Origin: an uncultured Chloroflexia bacterium
Lineage (GTDB): Bacteria > Chloroflexota > Limnocylindria > Limnocylindrales > CSP1-4
Assembly: GCA_963712745.1 (NCBI GenBank)
Contig: CAVQJC010000020.1
Coordinates: 416,001-480,000, forward strand
DNA length: 64,000 nucleotides
Direction: 5' to 3'
Made by a program: the position numbers and the translations under genes. Positions 19,289 to 29,881 of this stretch are shown here, one piece after another. The notes under the pieces are model-generated. The model did not search any database, was not told where the DNA came from, and worked only from the letters and a program-made list of their open reading frames with translations. The first letter of the stretch is position 1. The number at the start of each line of letters is the position of its first letter.

Positions 19289-21388
19289 TTGGACGGCACT
19301 GCCACGCCTTTCGATCAGCAGAAGGCTATCAACACCATCCGCGCCCTGTCGATCGACGGCGTGCAGCAGGCCAATAGCGGCCATCCCGGAGCGCCCATGG
19401 GTGCGGCGCCGATGACCTACGTGTTGTGGACCGAGTTCCTGAAGCACGCGCCCACGCGCCCGGAGTGGCTCGATCGTGACCGCTTCGTGCTCAGCGCGGG
19501 CCACGCCAGCATGCTGCTCTACTCGATGCTCCACCTGAGCGGCTACGACCTGCCGCTCGAGGAACTCAAGCGCTTCCGGCAGATGGGCTCGCGCACGCCG
19601 GGTCACCCCGAGTTCGGCATGACGCCGGGCGTGGAGGCCACCACCGGCCCACTGGGCCAGGGTTTCACCAACGCGGTGGGCATGGCCATCGCCGAGCGTC
19701 GCCTGGCCGCTGAGTTCAACAGGCCGGGGCACGAGATCATCGACCACTGGACCTACACGCTCTGCTCCGACGGCGACCTCCAGGAGGGCATCACCGCCGA
19801 GGCTGCCAGCCTTGCCGGGCACCTCAAGCTGGGCAAGCTGGTCGCGCTCTACGACGACAACGACGTCCAGCTCGACGGGCCCACCTCGTGGGCCTGGTCG
19901 GAGGACGTGCTGGCCCGCTTCGAGGCCTACGGCTGGCATGTCCAGCGCGTCGACGACGGCGAGGACGCGGAGGCCATCGCCGCTGCCATCACGGCCGCGC
20001 GGGCGGACGAGCGCCCCTCCATCATCAGCGTGCGCACGACCATCGGCTTCGGCTCGCCCAACAAGGCCGGCACCTCCAAGGTCCACGGCGCCCCCCTGGG
20101 TCCAGACGAGGTCAAGCTGGTGAAGCAGGCCTACGGTCTGGACCCGGACACCACCTTCGACATCGCACCCGAGATACTGAGCCACTTCCGCGCGGCGGCC
20201 GAGAACGGCGAGGAGCTGGTGGCCGCCTGGGAGGAGCGCCTGACCGCCTATGCCCAGGCCTTCCCGGCCGAGGGTGCGGAGCTGCGCCGGCGGCTGGCCG
20301 GCCGGTTGGCCCAGGGCTGGGACGCGGACCTGCCGGCCTACACCACCGCCGACGACGGCATCGCCACGCGGAACGCTTCGATGAACGCCATCAACGGCCT
20401 CAAGGACGGCGTGCCCGAGCTCATCGGCGGCTCGGCGGACCTGTCGGGTTCGAACCTGACAGACATGGCCGAGGCCGGCGTCTTCAGCGCCGACCAGAGT
20501 GGCCGCAACATCCGCTACGGCGTGCGCGAGCACGCCATGGGTGGCATCGCCAACGGCATCGCCTATCACGGCGGACTGCTCCCCTTCGTGGCCACGTTCC
20601 TGCCGTTCAGCGACTACATGCGCGGCTCGGTCCGCCTGGCGGCTCTGTCCGGCCTGCAGGTGGCCTACGTCTGGACGCACGACTCGGTCGGCGTGGGCGA
20701 GGACGGTCCCACCCATCAGCCGGTCGAGCACTACGCCGCCCTGCGGGCCATCCCCAACCTCACCTTCATCCGGCCGGGCGATCCCAACGAGGCCTCCGCG
20801 GCCTGGGCGCTGGCGGTCGAGAACCGCGGTGGACCGACGGCCATGGCTTTCACCCGCCAGAAGCTGCCGGTGCTGCCGGGCACGGCCGAGCTGAGCCGTG
20901 GCGGAGTACGCGCCGGCGGCTACGTGCTGGCCGAGGCCACTACGGCCGATGGGACCGTGACCGGCCCCGAGCTCATCCTCCTGGCCACCGGCTCGGAGCT
21001 GCACCTGGCCATGGCTGCGCGCGAGATCCTGGCCGCCGAGGGACTCAAGGTGCGCGTCGTCTCGATGCCCAGCTGGGAGCGCTTCGAAGCGCAGCCGGCG
21101 GCCTACCGCGACGAGGTCCTGCCGCCGTCGGTGACGGCACGCGTGTCCATCGAGGCCGGCGTCTCGCTGGGCTGGGACCGCTGGGTCAACACGCGCCACG
21201 GCGCCATCATGGCCATCGACCGCTTCGGCCTCTCGGCACCGGCGGGGCAGATCTTCGAGAAGTTCGGATTCACGCCGGAGAACGTGGCCAACGTCGCGCG
21301 CGGCGTCCTGGCCGGCGAGGTGCGAGGCGTCATCTCACCCGACGCCGAGCATGCCGGCGCCACCCTCAATGCTGTGGAGGCCCGCTAG
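19289..21388 (+). CDS. tkt: Transketolase
   Basis: [54 protein letters not shown]. Confidence 0.97.
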   Translation: MDGTATPFDQQKAINTIRALSIDGVQQANSGHPGAPMGAAPMTYVLWTEFLKHAPTRPEWLDRDRFVLSAGHASMLLYSMLHLSGYDLPLEELKRFRQMGSRTPGHPEFGMTPGVEATTGPLGQGFTNAVGMAIAERRLAAEFNRPGHEIIDHWTYTLCSDGDLQEGITAEAASLAGHLKLGKLVALYDDNDVQLDGPTSWAWSEDVLARFEAYGWHVQRVDDGEDAEAIAAAITAARADERPSIISVRTTIGFGSPNKAGTSKVHGAPLGPDEVKLVKQAYGLDPDTTFDIAPEILSHFRAAAENGEELVAAWEERLTAYAQAFPAEGAELRRRLAGRLAQGWDADLPAYTTADDGIATRNASMNAINGLKDGVPELIGGSADLSGSNLTDMAEAGVFSADQSGRNIRYGVREHAMGGIANGIAYHGGLLPFVATFLPFSDYMRGSVRLAALSGLQVAYVWTHDSVGVGEDGPTHQPVEHYAALRAIPNLTFIRPGDPNEASAAWALAVENRGGPTAMAFTRQKLPVLPGTAELSRGGVRAGGYVLAEATTADGTVTGPELILLATGSELHLAMAAREILAAEGLKVRVVSMPSWERFEAQPAAYRDEVLPPSVTARVSIEAGVSLGWDRWVNTRHGAIMAIDRFGLSAPAGQIFEKFGFTPENVANVARGVLAGEVRGVISPDAEHAGATLNAVEAR

Positions 21389-23101
21389 ATGGACACGACA
21401 CTGAAGCTGCCCGCGGCGCTGCAGGGCACCGTCGACGAGGCCGTCGCCCGGGCGGTCGGCGACCGCTGGGCGAGCCGAATGTGGGCGCGGGACACCAGCC
21501 TCTGGACCGACGACGCGGAGGTCGCGGCCAAGATCGCCAACCGGCTCGGCTGGCTCGACGCACCCGCTGCCTTCACCGACGAGGTGGCCGAGCTGACCGC
21601 CTTCGGAGAGAAGATCGAGCAGTCGGGATACACCGACGTGCTCGTCTGCGGCATGGGTGGCTCGTCACTCGCGCCGGAGGTGCTGTCCCGGACCTACCCC
21701 GATTCCGACAAGGGCCTCCGGGTCCACGTCCTCGATTCGACCGACCCGGCCGCCATCGCGGCCTACGACGAGACGCTCGACCCCGGGCGCACGCTGCGCA
21801 TCGTGGCTACCAAGTCCGGCAGCACCACCGAGACGCTGGCCTTCCTGGCTCACTACTGGCAACTCGAAGAGCATCGCGTCGGTCGCTTCCCCCACAGCAA
21901 GGCCGGCAACGAGTTCGTCTCGATCTCCGATCCCGGTGCTCCGCTCAAGGCCATCCCCCACTCCAACTACTTCCGCGAGACGTTTCTCAACCCCGCCGAC
22001 GTGGGCGGCCGCTACAGCGCCCTGACCTACGTGGGCCTGGTGCCGGCGGCGCTGCTGCAGCTCGACCTCGATCCCTTGCTCGAGGACGCGCGCATCATGG
22101 CCGAGGCGTCGAAGGCCGATTCGGGCGACAACGCAGCCCTCGTGCTGGGCGCGGCCATGGCTGCGCTGGCGAAGGCTGGACGCGACAAGCTGACCTTCGT
22201 CATCGAGCCCGACCTGGCGGCGCTGGGCGGCTGGCTGGAGCAGCTCATCGCCGAGTCGACCGGCAAGCAGGGCATGGGCATCGTGCCCGTCGATGGCGAG
22301 CCGCTGGGTGATCCCGAGGTCTATGGTGACGACCGCGTCTTTGTCCGCCTGGGTCCGGCCAGCGACAGCGACTGGCATGCCGAGGTCGACGCCAGGCTGG
22401 GTGCGCTCATCGAAGCCGGACATCCGCTCATCGACATCCGCCTCGACGACGCTTCCTGGGTCGCGGCCGAGTTCTTCCGCTGGGAGTTCGCCACCGCGGT
22501 CGCCGGCATCGGTCTCGGCGTGAACCCCTTCGACGAGCCCAACGTCACCGAGTCCAAGCAGAACACGGCCGCTGTGCTCGAGGTCTACGCCAAGGAACGT
22601 GCGCTGCCGGACCCGCCGCCGAGCGCCACCCGCGGGCCGCTGCGAGCCTGGCGTGCCGGCGGCGGAGAAGCCGACTTCATCGGACTGCTGCGCGAACACA
22701 TCGGGCGCGCCCCCGAGAACGGCTACTTCCAGATCGGCGCCTACATCGCGCCGACGGCGGCCCGCAGCGAGCTGCTGGCGGCCCTGCAGGCGGGCCTGCG
22801 GGACGGTACGGGCAAGGCTTCGACGCTGGGCTACGGCCCACGCTTCCTGCACTCCACCGGCCAGCTGCACAAGGGTGGTGCCCCCATCGGCTGCTTCATC
22901 CAGCTCACCAACGGCCACCCGGTCGACATCGACATCCCCGGACGGCACGAGTCTTTCGGTGTACTCGTCGATGCCCAGGCCATGGGCGACCTGGCGGCCT
23001 TCGGGGCACACGGGCTTCCGGCCCTGCGCATCGACCTCGGCGACGACCCCGAGGCGGGCCTGACCGAGTTGCTCGGGGCGCTGGCTCTGGCCTTGGCCTG
23101 A
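21389..23101 (+). CDS. pgi: Glucose-6-phosphate isomerase-type protein (Pgi module of the Tal-Pgi family)
   Basis: RLGWL, GMGGSSLAPEV, KSGSTTET, VGGRYSAL, QLIAESTGK, NPFDEPNV, HSTGQLHKGG. Confidence 0.85.
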   Translation: MDTTLKLPAALQGTVDEAVARAVGDRWASRMWARDTSLWTDDAEVAAKIANRLGWLDAPAAFTDEVAELTAFGEKIEQSGYTDVLVCGMGGSSLAPEVLSRTYPDSDKGLRVHVLDSTDPAAIAAYDETLDPGRTLRIVATKSGSTTETLAFLAHYWQLEEHRVGRFPHSKAGNEFVSISDPGAPLKAIPHSNYFRETFLNPADVGGRYSALTYVGLVPAALLQLDLDPLLEDARIMAEASKADSGDNAALVLGAAMAALAKAGRDKLTFVIEPDLAALGGWLEQLIAESTGKQGMGIVPVDGEPLGDPEVYGDDRVFVRLGPASDSDWHAEVDARLGALIEAGHPLIDIRLDDASWVAAEFFRWEFATAVAGIGLGVNPFDEPNVTESKQNTAAVLEVYAKERALPDPPPSATRGPLRAWRAGGGEADFIGLLREHIGRAPENGYFQIGAYIAPTAARSELLAALQAGLRDGTGKASTLGYGPRFLHSTGQLHKGGAPIGCFIQLTNGHPVDIDIPGRHESFGVLVDAQAMGDLAAFGAHGLPALRIDLGDDPEAGLTELLGALALALA

Positions 23102-23152
23102 GCCTGGCCCACAGTCGCGGCCGCGGCCGCCACAGACGAGGACACGAGAACG

Positions 23153-24052
23153 ATGGATCTGGTACTGGCAGGACTCGGGCGCATGGGCGCCAACATGGCC
23201 CGCCGCCTGCATCGGGCCGGCCACCACGTGGTCACCTACAACCGCTCCCCGGACAAGGTGAGCGACATCATGGCCGAGGGGCTCGACGGTGCGTTCACGC
23301 CGGCCCAGGCCGTGGCCAAGCTGCCCACGCCGAAGGTCGTCTGGCTGATGGTGCCCGCCGGCGATGCCACCGAGGCCACGATGGAGGAGTTCGCGGCGCT
23401 GCTCGCGGCCGGCGACACCATCGTCGACGGCGGCAACGCCAACTTCAAGGACAGCAAGCGCCGGCACGCGCTGCTGGCCGAGCGCGACATCCACTTCGTC
23501 GACGCCGGCATCAGCGGCGGCGTGTGGGGCCTCGAGAACGGCTACGGCACCATGGTCGGCGGAGACCGTGAGGCGGTCGCACCGCTGGAACCCGTCTTCA
23601 CCGCGCTCGCGCCCGAGGGCGGCTATATCCATTGCGGGCCGTCCGGCTCGGGCCACTACACCAAGATGGTCCACAACGGCATCGAGTACGGCCTGATGCA
23701 GGCCTACGCGGAGGGCTTCGAGATCCTCCATGCGGGCGAGTATCCGCTCGACCTGGAGGCCGTGGCCAAGGCCTGGCAGCACGGCACCGTCATCCGCTCG
23801 TGGCTGCTGGAGCTGGCTGGCAACGCCTTCGCCGAGCGTGGCGAGTCGCTCGAGGGCGTGCGTGGCTGGGTGGCCGACTCGGGCGAGGGCCGCTGGACGG
23901 TACAGGAGGCGATGGACCTGGACGTGCCGGCCCCGGTCATCACGCAGTCACTCATCACCCGCTTCCGCTCACGCCAGGACGAGTCCTATACGGCGCAGGT
24001 GCTGGCCGCGCTGCGCGAGCAGTTCGGCGGCCACGCCATCAAGGAGAAATAG
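23153..24052 (+). CDS. gnd: 6-phosphogluconate dehydrogenase (short, decarboxylating)
   Basis: GLGRMG, VDGGN, SGGVWG, KMVHNGIEYG, DSGEGRW, FGGH. Confidence 0.95.
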   Translation: MDLVLAGLGRMGANMARRLHRAGHHVVTYNRSPDKVSDIMAEGLDGAFTPAQAVAKLPTPKVVWLMVPAGDATEATMEEFAALLAAGDTIVDGGNANFKDSKRRHALLAERDIHFVDAGISGGVWGLENGYGTMVGGDREAVAPLEPVFTALAPEGGYIHCGPSGSGHYTKMVHNGIEYGLMQAYAEGFEILHAGEYPLDLEAVAKAWQHGTVIRSWLLELAGNAFAERGESLEGVRGWVADSGEGRWTVQEAMDLDVPAPVITQSLITRFRSRQDESYTAQVLAALREQFGGHAIKEK

Positions 24053-24064
24053 GAGCGCCGGACC

Positions 24065-25741
24065 ATGGCTAGCCCAGGGGCGACGAAGACGAATGCGAAG
24101 CGCGCCGGCGATGGCCGCGCCCGGCACGTGATGCACCGCGACGCCGCCGAGGACGCCGCCAACGCCAACCCGCTGCGCGCGGGCACACGCCTGGAACGAG
24201 TACCCGACCCGGCCATCGTGGTCGTCTTCGGCGCTACCGGCGACCTCTCCCACCGCAAGATCCTGCCCGCCTTCTACAACCTGCGCCGGGCCGGGCTGCT
24301 GCCCACTGAGACGAGCATCGTGGGCTACTCGCGGCGCGCCTACACCGACGCAGCCTTCGCCGAGGAGATGCGCGAGGCTGTCGCCGAGCACTCGCGCAAC
24401 GAGGTCGAGACCGCGCTGTGGAACGACTTCGCCCAGACCATCCACTACCAGCAGGGCGACTTCAGCAAGGCCTCCGACTACACCCGTCTCGCGGAGCGAC
24501 TCGACCAGATCGACGCGGCGGCCGGGTGTCGCGGCAACCGGCTCTTCTACCTGGCCACACCGCCCAGCGCCTACGAGGAGATCGTGGCCAACCTCGGCGC
24601 CGCCGGCCTGGCCGACCCCGAGGGCGCGTGGAGCCGCATCGTGATCGAGAAGCCCTTCGGCCACGACCTCGAGTCGGGGCACGCGCTCAACGACGCGGTC
24701 ATGCGCTCGTTCGACGAGTCGCAGGTCTATCGCATCGACCACTACTTGGGCAAGGACACCGTCCGCAACCTGCTCGTGTTCCGCTTCGCCAACGGCATCT
24801 TCGAGCCGGTCTGGAACCGGCGCTACGTGGACCACGTCCAGATCACCGTGGCCGAAGACCTGGGGGTCGAGACCCGTGGCGCCTTCTATGAGGAGGCGGG
24901 CGCGTCGCGTGACATCCTCCAGAACCACATGCTTCAGTTGCTCAGCCTGGTGGCCATGGAGCCGCCCATCAACTTCGAGGCTGATGCGCTGCGTGACGAG
25001 AAGGTGCGCGTGCTGCGCGCCATCGACACCGACTGGACAGCGGCGCGTATCCACGCCGACGTGGTCCGCGGCCAGTACGAGGCCGGGTGGGTAGCGGACC
25101 GCAAGGTCAGGAGCTACCGCGATGAGGAGCACGTCTCGCCCGAGTCGAGCGTCGAGACCTACGTGGCCTTGCGCCTGGAGGTCGAGAACTGGCGCTGGGC
25201 TGGCGTGCCCTTCTACCTGCGCACGGGCAAGCATCTGCCACGACGGGCGACCGAGATCGCCATCCAGTTCAACCGGCCGCCGCTGACGCTGTTCAAGGAC
25301 AGTGCCTCCGACCCCGAGCCGAACATGCTGGCCATGCGCATCCAGCCCGACGAGGGCATCATGCTGCGCTTCGCGGCCAAGGTGCCCGACCTGGGACTGG
25401 ACGTGCGCAGCGTGAACATGGACTTCACCTACGGCTCGACCTTCCTTTCGGACGCGCCCGAGGCCTACGAGACCCTCCTGCTCGATGCCATGCTCGGCGA
25501 CGCCTCGCTTTTCACCCGCGCCGACGAGGTCGAGGCCGCCTGGAGCCTGGTCACCCCGCTCAACCAGATGTGGCAGGAGTGGGGGGCCGATGGTGGTGAC
25601 GGCAAGGGCAGGTCGAGGGCCAAGTCTCGGCCCCTGGGCAAGCTCGACGGCGCCCTGCAGCCGTACGAAGCGGGCACATGGGGCCCCGAGGCCGCGGACC
25701 GGCTGCTGGGACGGGATGGCAGACGATGGCGTCGCCTGTAG
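24065..25741 (+). CDS. zwf: Glucose-6-phosphate 1-dehydrogenase
   Basis: FGATGDL, EKPFG, RIDHYLGK, WAGVPFYLRTGK. Confidence 0.97.
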   Translation: MASPGATKTNAKRAGDGRARHVMHRDAAEDAANANPLRAGTRLERVPDPAIVVVFGATGDLSHRKILPAFYNLRRAGLLPTETSIVGYSRRAYTDAAFAEEMREAVAEHSRNEVETALWNDFAQTIHYQQGDFSKASDYTRLAERLDQIDAAAGCRGNRLFYLATPPSAYEEIVANLGAAGLADPEGAWSRIVIEKPFGHDLESGHALNDAVMRSFDESQVYRIDHYLGKDTVRNLLVFRFANGIFEPVWNRRYVDHVQITVAEDLGVETRGAFYEEAGASRDILQNHMLQLLSLVAMEPPINFEADALRDEKVRVLRAIDTDWTAARIHADVVRGQYEAGWVADRKVRSYRDEEHVSPESSVETYVALRLEVENWRWAGVPFYLRTGKHLPRRATEIAIQFNRPPLTLFKDSASDPEPNMLAMRIQPDEGIMLRFAAKVPDLGLDVRSVNMDFTYGSTFLSDAPEAYETLLLDAMLGDASLFTRADEVEAAWSLVTPLNQMWQEWGADGGDGKGRSRAKSRPLGKLDGALQPYEAGTWGPEAADRLLGRDGRRWRRL

Positions 25742-26988
25742 TCCCCATCCGCTTCGACGAGGCCGGTTCCTGGCGCTGGCACGTCCGCACCGACTCCATC
25801 AAGGCCACCACGGACGCACTCTCCAGCCTCTGGGGCCGGGTGGCGCAGGAGGCCCGAGGCGAGGCCATCGGCGGCGAGGCCGGTCACGCCTTCGCCCACG
25901 GTGACCCGCGGCTGGCCGCACACTTGCCCGGCGACGATGACGGCGGCGTGCGGGTCCGCACGCGTACCTCGGTTCTCACACTGGTAGTGGTGGCGCCACG
26001 TCCGGAGCTCGTGGACCGGGCCATGGCCACCGTCTCCACCCTCGCTTCACGCCACCCTTCGCGGGCGGTCGTGCTCTCCCCTACCGATCCCGACGGTCCA
26101 TCCAGCTTCGAGGCCCACCTCTACGCCTCGTGCCAGCTGCCCGAGCGCGGCTCCAGTGAGATCTGCACCGAGGAGATCCTCATCAGGGTCGGTGGCGAGC
26201 TGGCCCAGCACCTCTCGAGCACGGTCGCACCACTGCTCATCCATGACCTGCCGGTCGTGCTCTGGTGGCCCGACGACGTGCCCTTCGGCCGGCCCGACTT
26301 CACCGAGCTGGCCGACGAGTGCGACCGCCTCTTCGTCGACTCCGGCCACTTCCGCGGCCACGGCCTCTCGCGACTCGTGGGCATGTCCGACGCGGTCTAC
26401 TCCGGCCTCGTCGTGCACGACGTGAGCTGGATGCGGCTGATGCTCTGGCGCGAGCTGCTGGCCACCTGCTTCGACCATCCTCTGCTGGTCCGCGAGCTCA
26501 AGCATCTGCACAGCATCCGCATCGACGTGGCCCGGCCGGCGGGTGAGGTGCGGCTCTCACGGGCGCTGCTCTTCGTGGGCTGGCTCGTGTCGCGGCTGAG
26601 GCTGCAGGTCGTGGAGCCGCTGCGACCTGGGCCGGACGAGGCCTGGAGGGCCCGGCTCCGCACGGGCAGGCGCGACATCGAGGTCGAGATCCGGCCCGTG
26701 GAAGTCGAGTACAGCGGCGCCGTACGCGCCGCTGGCTCGGTGGTGCGGGCGGAGTTGGAAGCGGGACGGAAGGACGCCCACACGCAGGTCAACATCACCC
26801 GCCAGGCCGATCATCTGCTGGCCACGGCCGACTGGAACGGGGCCTCGGTGGTACGCCGCGCGAGCATGCTGGAGGCCTTCGACGAGGCACCCTACCTGGC
26901 CGACTCGCTCGACCGCACCGGGCACGACCGGCTCTTCGCCCAGGCCCTGGAGAAAGCGGTGTCGCTGATCGAGGATCACACTCGATGA
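25726..26988 (+). CDS. opcA: G6PD assembly protein OpcA
   Basis: HPSRAVVL, PLLIHDLPVVLWWP, RLFVDS, DVSWMRL; downstream of zwf. Confidence 0.88.
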   Translation: MASPVVPIRFDEAGSWRWHVRTDSIKATTDALSSLWGRVAQEARGEAIGGEAGHAFAHGDPRLAAHLPGDDDGGVRVRTRTSVLTLVVVAPRPELVDRAMATVSTLASRHPSRAVVLSPTDPDGPSSFEAHLYASCQLPERGSSEICTEEILIRVGGELAQHLSSTVAPLLIHDLPVVLWWPDDVPFGRPDFTELADECDRLFVDSGHFRGHGLSRLVGMSDAVYSGLVVHDVSWMRLMLWRELLATCFDHPLLVRELKHLHSIRIDVARPAGEVRLSRALLFVGWLVSRLRLQVVEPLRPGPDEAWRARLRTGRRDIEVEIRPVEVEYSGAVRAAGSVVRAELEAGRKDAHTQVNITRQADHLLATADWNGASVVRRASMLEAFDEAPYLADSLDRTGHDRLFAQALEKAVSLIEDHTR

Positions 26989-27740
26989 TGCGCACCTCGG
27001 TGGTGGTCTGCGAGGACACCGCCGGCATCGCTGCGCGCGCGCTGGACCTCGTGGTCGATGGCTTGCGCGCCGGGACTGGGGCACGCGGTGTGGCGCATCT
27101 GGCGCTCACCGGCGGTTCCTCGGCCGCGGCCCTCTTCGCACTCCTGCGCTCGGACGCGCGGGCACGACGGGTCGACTGGACGCGGGTCCACGTCTGGCAG
27201 GGCGACGAGCGCTTCGTACCGCTGGACCACCCCGACCGAAACTGGGCCGCCGCTCTGCGCGACTGGCTCGAGACGGACGGTGGTGCCGGTACGGGCCGGC
27301 ATCCCATCCCGGTCGACGAGGCTATCGCCGGCGGCCACGATGCGGCCTGGGCCGCAGCGCGCTACGCGGACGAGCTCGGCGGCACGCTGCCCGTGCGCGA
27401 CGGTGCGCCATCGTTCGACGTCATGCTTCTGGGCATGGGCGGCGACGGCCACATCCTCTCCACCTTCCCGGGCTCGCCGCCGGTGGCAGAGTTCCGGGTC
27501 CCGGCGCTGCCGGTGGCGGCACCCACGCACATCGAGCCGCACCTGCCGCGGGTGACGCTGTCGCCGTTCCTGTTGCGCTCGGCGCGGGACATCGTGGTCA
27601 TGGTCCCCGGCGCCGGCAAGGCCGGGACCGTCGCGGACGTGCTGGGCTCGCCCTTCGAGCCTGCGCGACTGCCGGCCCAGCTGGCGGTCCGTCCCTCCGC
27701 AGTGTGGCTGCTGGAACCGGGGAGCGCCGCCGAGCTGTAG
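26985..27740 (+). CDS. pgl: 6-phosphogluconolactonase
   Basis: ALTGGS, GDERFVP, LLGMGGDGHILS, RVTL. Confidence 0.9.
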   Translation: MMRTSVVVCEDTAGIAARALDLVVDGLRAGTGARGVAHLALTGGSSAAALFALLRSDARARRVDWTRVHVWQGDERFVPLDHPDRNWAAALRDWLETDGGAGTGRHPIPVDEAIAGGHDAAWAAARYADELGGTLPVRDGAPSFDVMLLGMGGDGHILSTFPGSPPVAEFRVPALPVAAPTHIEPHLPRVTLSPFLLRSARDIVVMVPGAGKAGTVADVLGSPFEPARLPAQLAVRPSAVWLLEPGSAAEL

Positions 27741-27786
27741 GGCTCTGTAACGCGCATGTCATCGCCAGTGCGCGATAATCACGCGC

Positions 27787-28212
27787 ATGAGTCCAGATAA
27801 GCAAGGTACCGACGAGGTCCGCCTCCGTATCGGTGAGGCAGCCAAGCAACTGGGGGTCAGCCCGGATACCCTGCGCCGCTGGGCGGAGGCCGGTCGCATC
27901 GAGGTCGAGCTGACGCGAGGCGGCCAGCGCACCGTACGCCAGGGCGATGTCTCGAGGCTCGCCGCCGAGCGCCGTCGCGAGGGCGCCGACCGCCCCATCG
28001 TGGCCCAGTCCGCCCGTAATCGCTTCGCCGGCACCGTCACGCGCGTGGAACGCGGTGGCGTGGCCGCGGTGGTGGAGGTCCAGGCCGGGCCACACCGGCT
28101 GGTGAGCCTGATGACGCGCGAGGCTTCGGAAGAGCTGGACCTTGCGCCCGGCGACGAGGTCGTGTGCGTGGTCAAGGCCACCGACGTCATCGTGGAGGTG
28201 CCGTCGAGCTGA
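27787..28212 (+). CDS. MerR-like HTH plus TOBE molybdate-binding regulator
   Basis: RIGEAAKQLGVSPDTLRRW; SARNRFAG...VKATDV TOBE motif. Confidence 0.9.
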   Translation: MSPDKQGTDEVRLRIGEAAKQLGVSPDTLRRWAEAGRIEVELTRGGQRTVRQGDVSRLAAERRREGADRPIVAQSARNRFAGTVTRVERGGVAAVVEVQAGPHRLVSLMTREASEELDLAPGDEVVCVVKATDVIVEVPSS

Positions 28213-29012
28213 AGGCCACCCCGCGCCGCTCGCCGGGCGCGCGGTGGTGGCTTGCGGTGCTCTTGAGCCTGACCGTGCTTTCCGTGGTGGTGGCCTGCCG
28301 CGAGCACGAAGAGGACGGCCTGACGGTCTTCGCCGCCGCCTCGTTGCACGACGCCATGGCCGGTCTCGAGCTGGCCTGGGCCGCAGAACGCCCGGACGCG
28401 CCGCTGACCATCGCCACCGAGGCCTCCAACGTCCTCGCCGCACAGATCGGCGAGGGCGCCGGGGCAGACGTCTTCATCTCGGCGGACAGGCGCCGACCGC
28501 GCGAGCTGGCCGAGGCCGGCCTGACCGGGAGCCAGCCGGTGCCGTTCGCGCGCAACCGCGTGACCATCGTGGTCCCGGCGGCGGACGGACACGTACGCCA
28601 GCCGGCCGACCTGGCCATCCCCGGCACCCGTCTCGTGGCCATCGGACGGGGCGTGCCCATCACCGGCTACGCCGACGAGGCACTGGCGCGACTGGCGGCC
28701 ACGATGGACGACCCGGAATCCTTCAGCCAGGCCGTCGGCGCCAACGTCGTCTCGCGCGAGGACAACGTACGGGCGGCCCTGGCCAAGGTCGCGCTGGGCG
28801 AGGGGGATGCCGCGGTCGTCTATCGCACCGACGCGGCCAGCAGCGAGGCCGTTCGTGAGATCCCCTTTCCAGCGGAGGTCACGGTAACGGCCGAGTACGC
28901 CGCGGTGGCCGTGAGCGAGCGCAAGCTCGCCACCGAGTTCGTGGAGTGGCTGGGCAGTGCGGCGGCGGTGGAAGTGCTGCAGACCGCGGGCTTCGAGGCC
29001 GGCGCGCGGTGA
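28209..29012 (+). CDS. modA: Molybdate ABC transporter substrate-binding protein (probable CTG start)
   Basis: Lipobox-like VVAC, TVFAAASL, ADVFISAD, FARN, GEGDAAVVYRTD. Confidence 0.88.
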   Translation: MKATPRRSPGARWWLAVLLSLTVLSVVVACREHEEDGLTVFAAASLHDAMAGLELAWAAERPDAPLTIATEASNVLAAQIGEGAGADVFISADRRRPRELAEAGLTGSQPVPFARNRVTIVVPAADGHVRQPADLAIPGTRLVAIGRGVPITGYADEALARLAATMDDPESFSQAVGANVVSREDNVRAALAKVALGEGDAAVVYRTDAASSEAVREIPFPAEVTVTAEYAAVAVSERKLATEFVEWLGSAAAVEVLQTAGFEAGAR

Positions 29013-29854
29013 GCAGCCCGGTCCTGGTGCGCTCGTCATCGCCACCTCGGCCGTCGTGGTCGCAACGACCCTCACGCTGGGTGGTGGCGCTGGCGGTGGT
29101 GGGCCTGGCCTTCCTTGCGCTGCCGGTCCTGGCGCTCCTGCTGCGCGCCATCGAATCGGGCGCCCTCGCCTCCGCGTTGGCCGGCCGGGCCGTGCTCGAC
29201 GCGCTCATCCTGAGCCTGTCCAGCACGGCCGTCGCCCTGCTCATCGTGATCATCTTCGGCACGCCTCTGGCGTACGTGTTGGCCCGCACCACCTTCCGCG
29301 GCAAGGTGCTGGCGGAAGCGCTGGTAGACCTGCCCATCGTGCTGCCGCCGTCGGTGGCCGGCCTGGCCCTGCTCTTCGCCTACGGCCGCAACGGTATCGC
29401 CGGCGCCTCGCTCGAGCTGCTGGGCCTGACCCTGCCCTTCACCACCCTGGCGGTCATCGTGGCCCAGGTCTTCGTGGCCAGCCCCTTCTACATCCGGGCC
29501 GCGCGGGCCGGCTTCCGGGCGGTGGCCCCCGACGTGGAGGAGGCAGCGCGCGTTGACGGGGCCTCGGAGAACACCGTGCTGGGGCGCATGACCCTGCCCC
29601 TGGCCGCGCCGGCCATCGGAGCCGGGCTGGTACTGGCCTGGGCCCGGGCACTGGGCGAGTTCGGGGCCACCATCCTCTTCGCCGGCAACATCGAGGGCCG
29701 CACCCAGACGTTGCCCTTGCTCGTCTACAGCGAATTCCAGGCCGGTCTCGACAGCGCCATGGCTGCGGCCACCATCCTGGTGCTGGCGGCGCTGGGCGTG
29801 CTGGTGGCAGTGCGGGTCATGCGCTGGCCCTCGGGCGCCGGCTGGTTCGCCTGA
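29009..29854 (+). CDS. modB: Molybdate ABC transporter permease
   Basis: DLPIVLPPSVAG, EEAARVDGAS, WARALGEFGATI, TQTLPL. Confidence 0.92.
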   Translation: MSSPVLVRSSSPPRPSWSQRPSRWVVALAVVGLAFLALPVLALLLRAIESGALASALAGRAVLDALILSLSSTAVALLIVIIFGTPLAYVLARTTFRGKVLAEALVDLPIVLPPSVAGLALLFAYGRNGIAGASLELLGLTLPFTTLAVIVAQVFVASPFYIRAARAGFRAVAPDVEEAARVDGASENTVLGRMTLPLAAPAIGAGLVLAWARALGEFGATILFAGNIEGRTQTLPLLVYSEFQAGLDSAMAAATILVLAALGVLVAVRVMRWPSGAGWFA

Positions 29855-29881
29855 GAACCAGAGCGGCGTCGGTGACCGCGC

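Noticed and set aside
19184-25234. Long antisense or alternate-frame ORFs (e.g. 19184-21199, 19888-22311, 21665-23782, 23969-25234, and similar ones elsewhere)
   Set aside because: Shadow ORFs of high-GC3 genes. They overlap clearly identified enzymes and carry no motifs.
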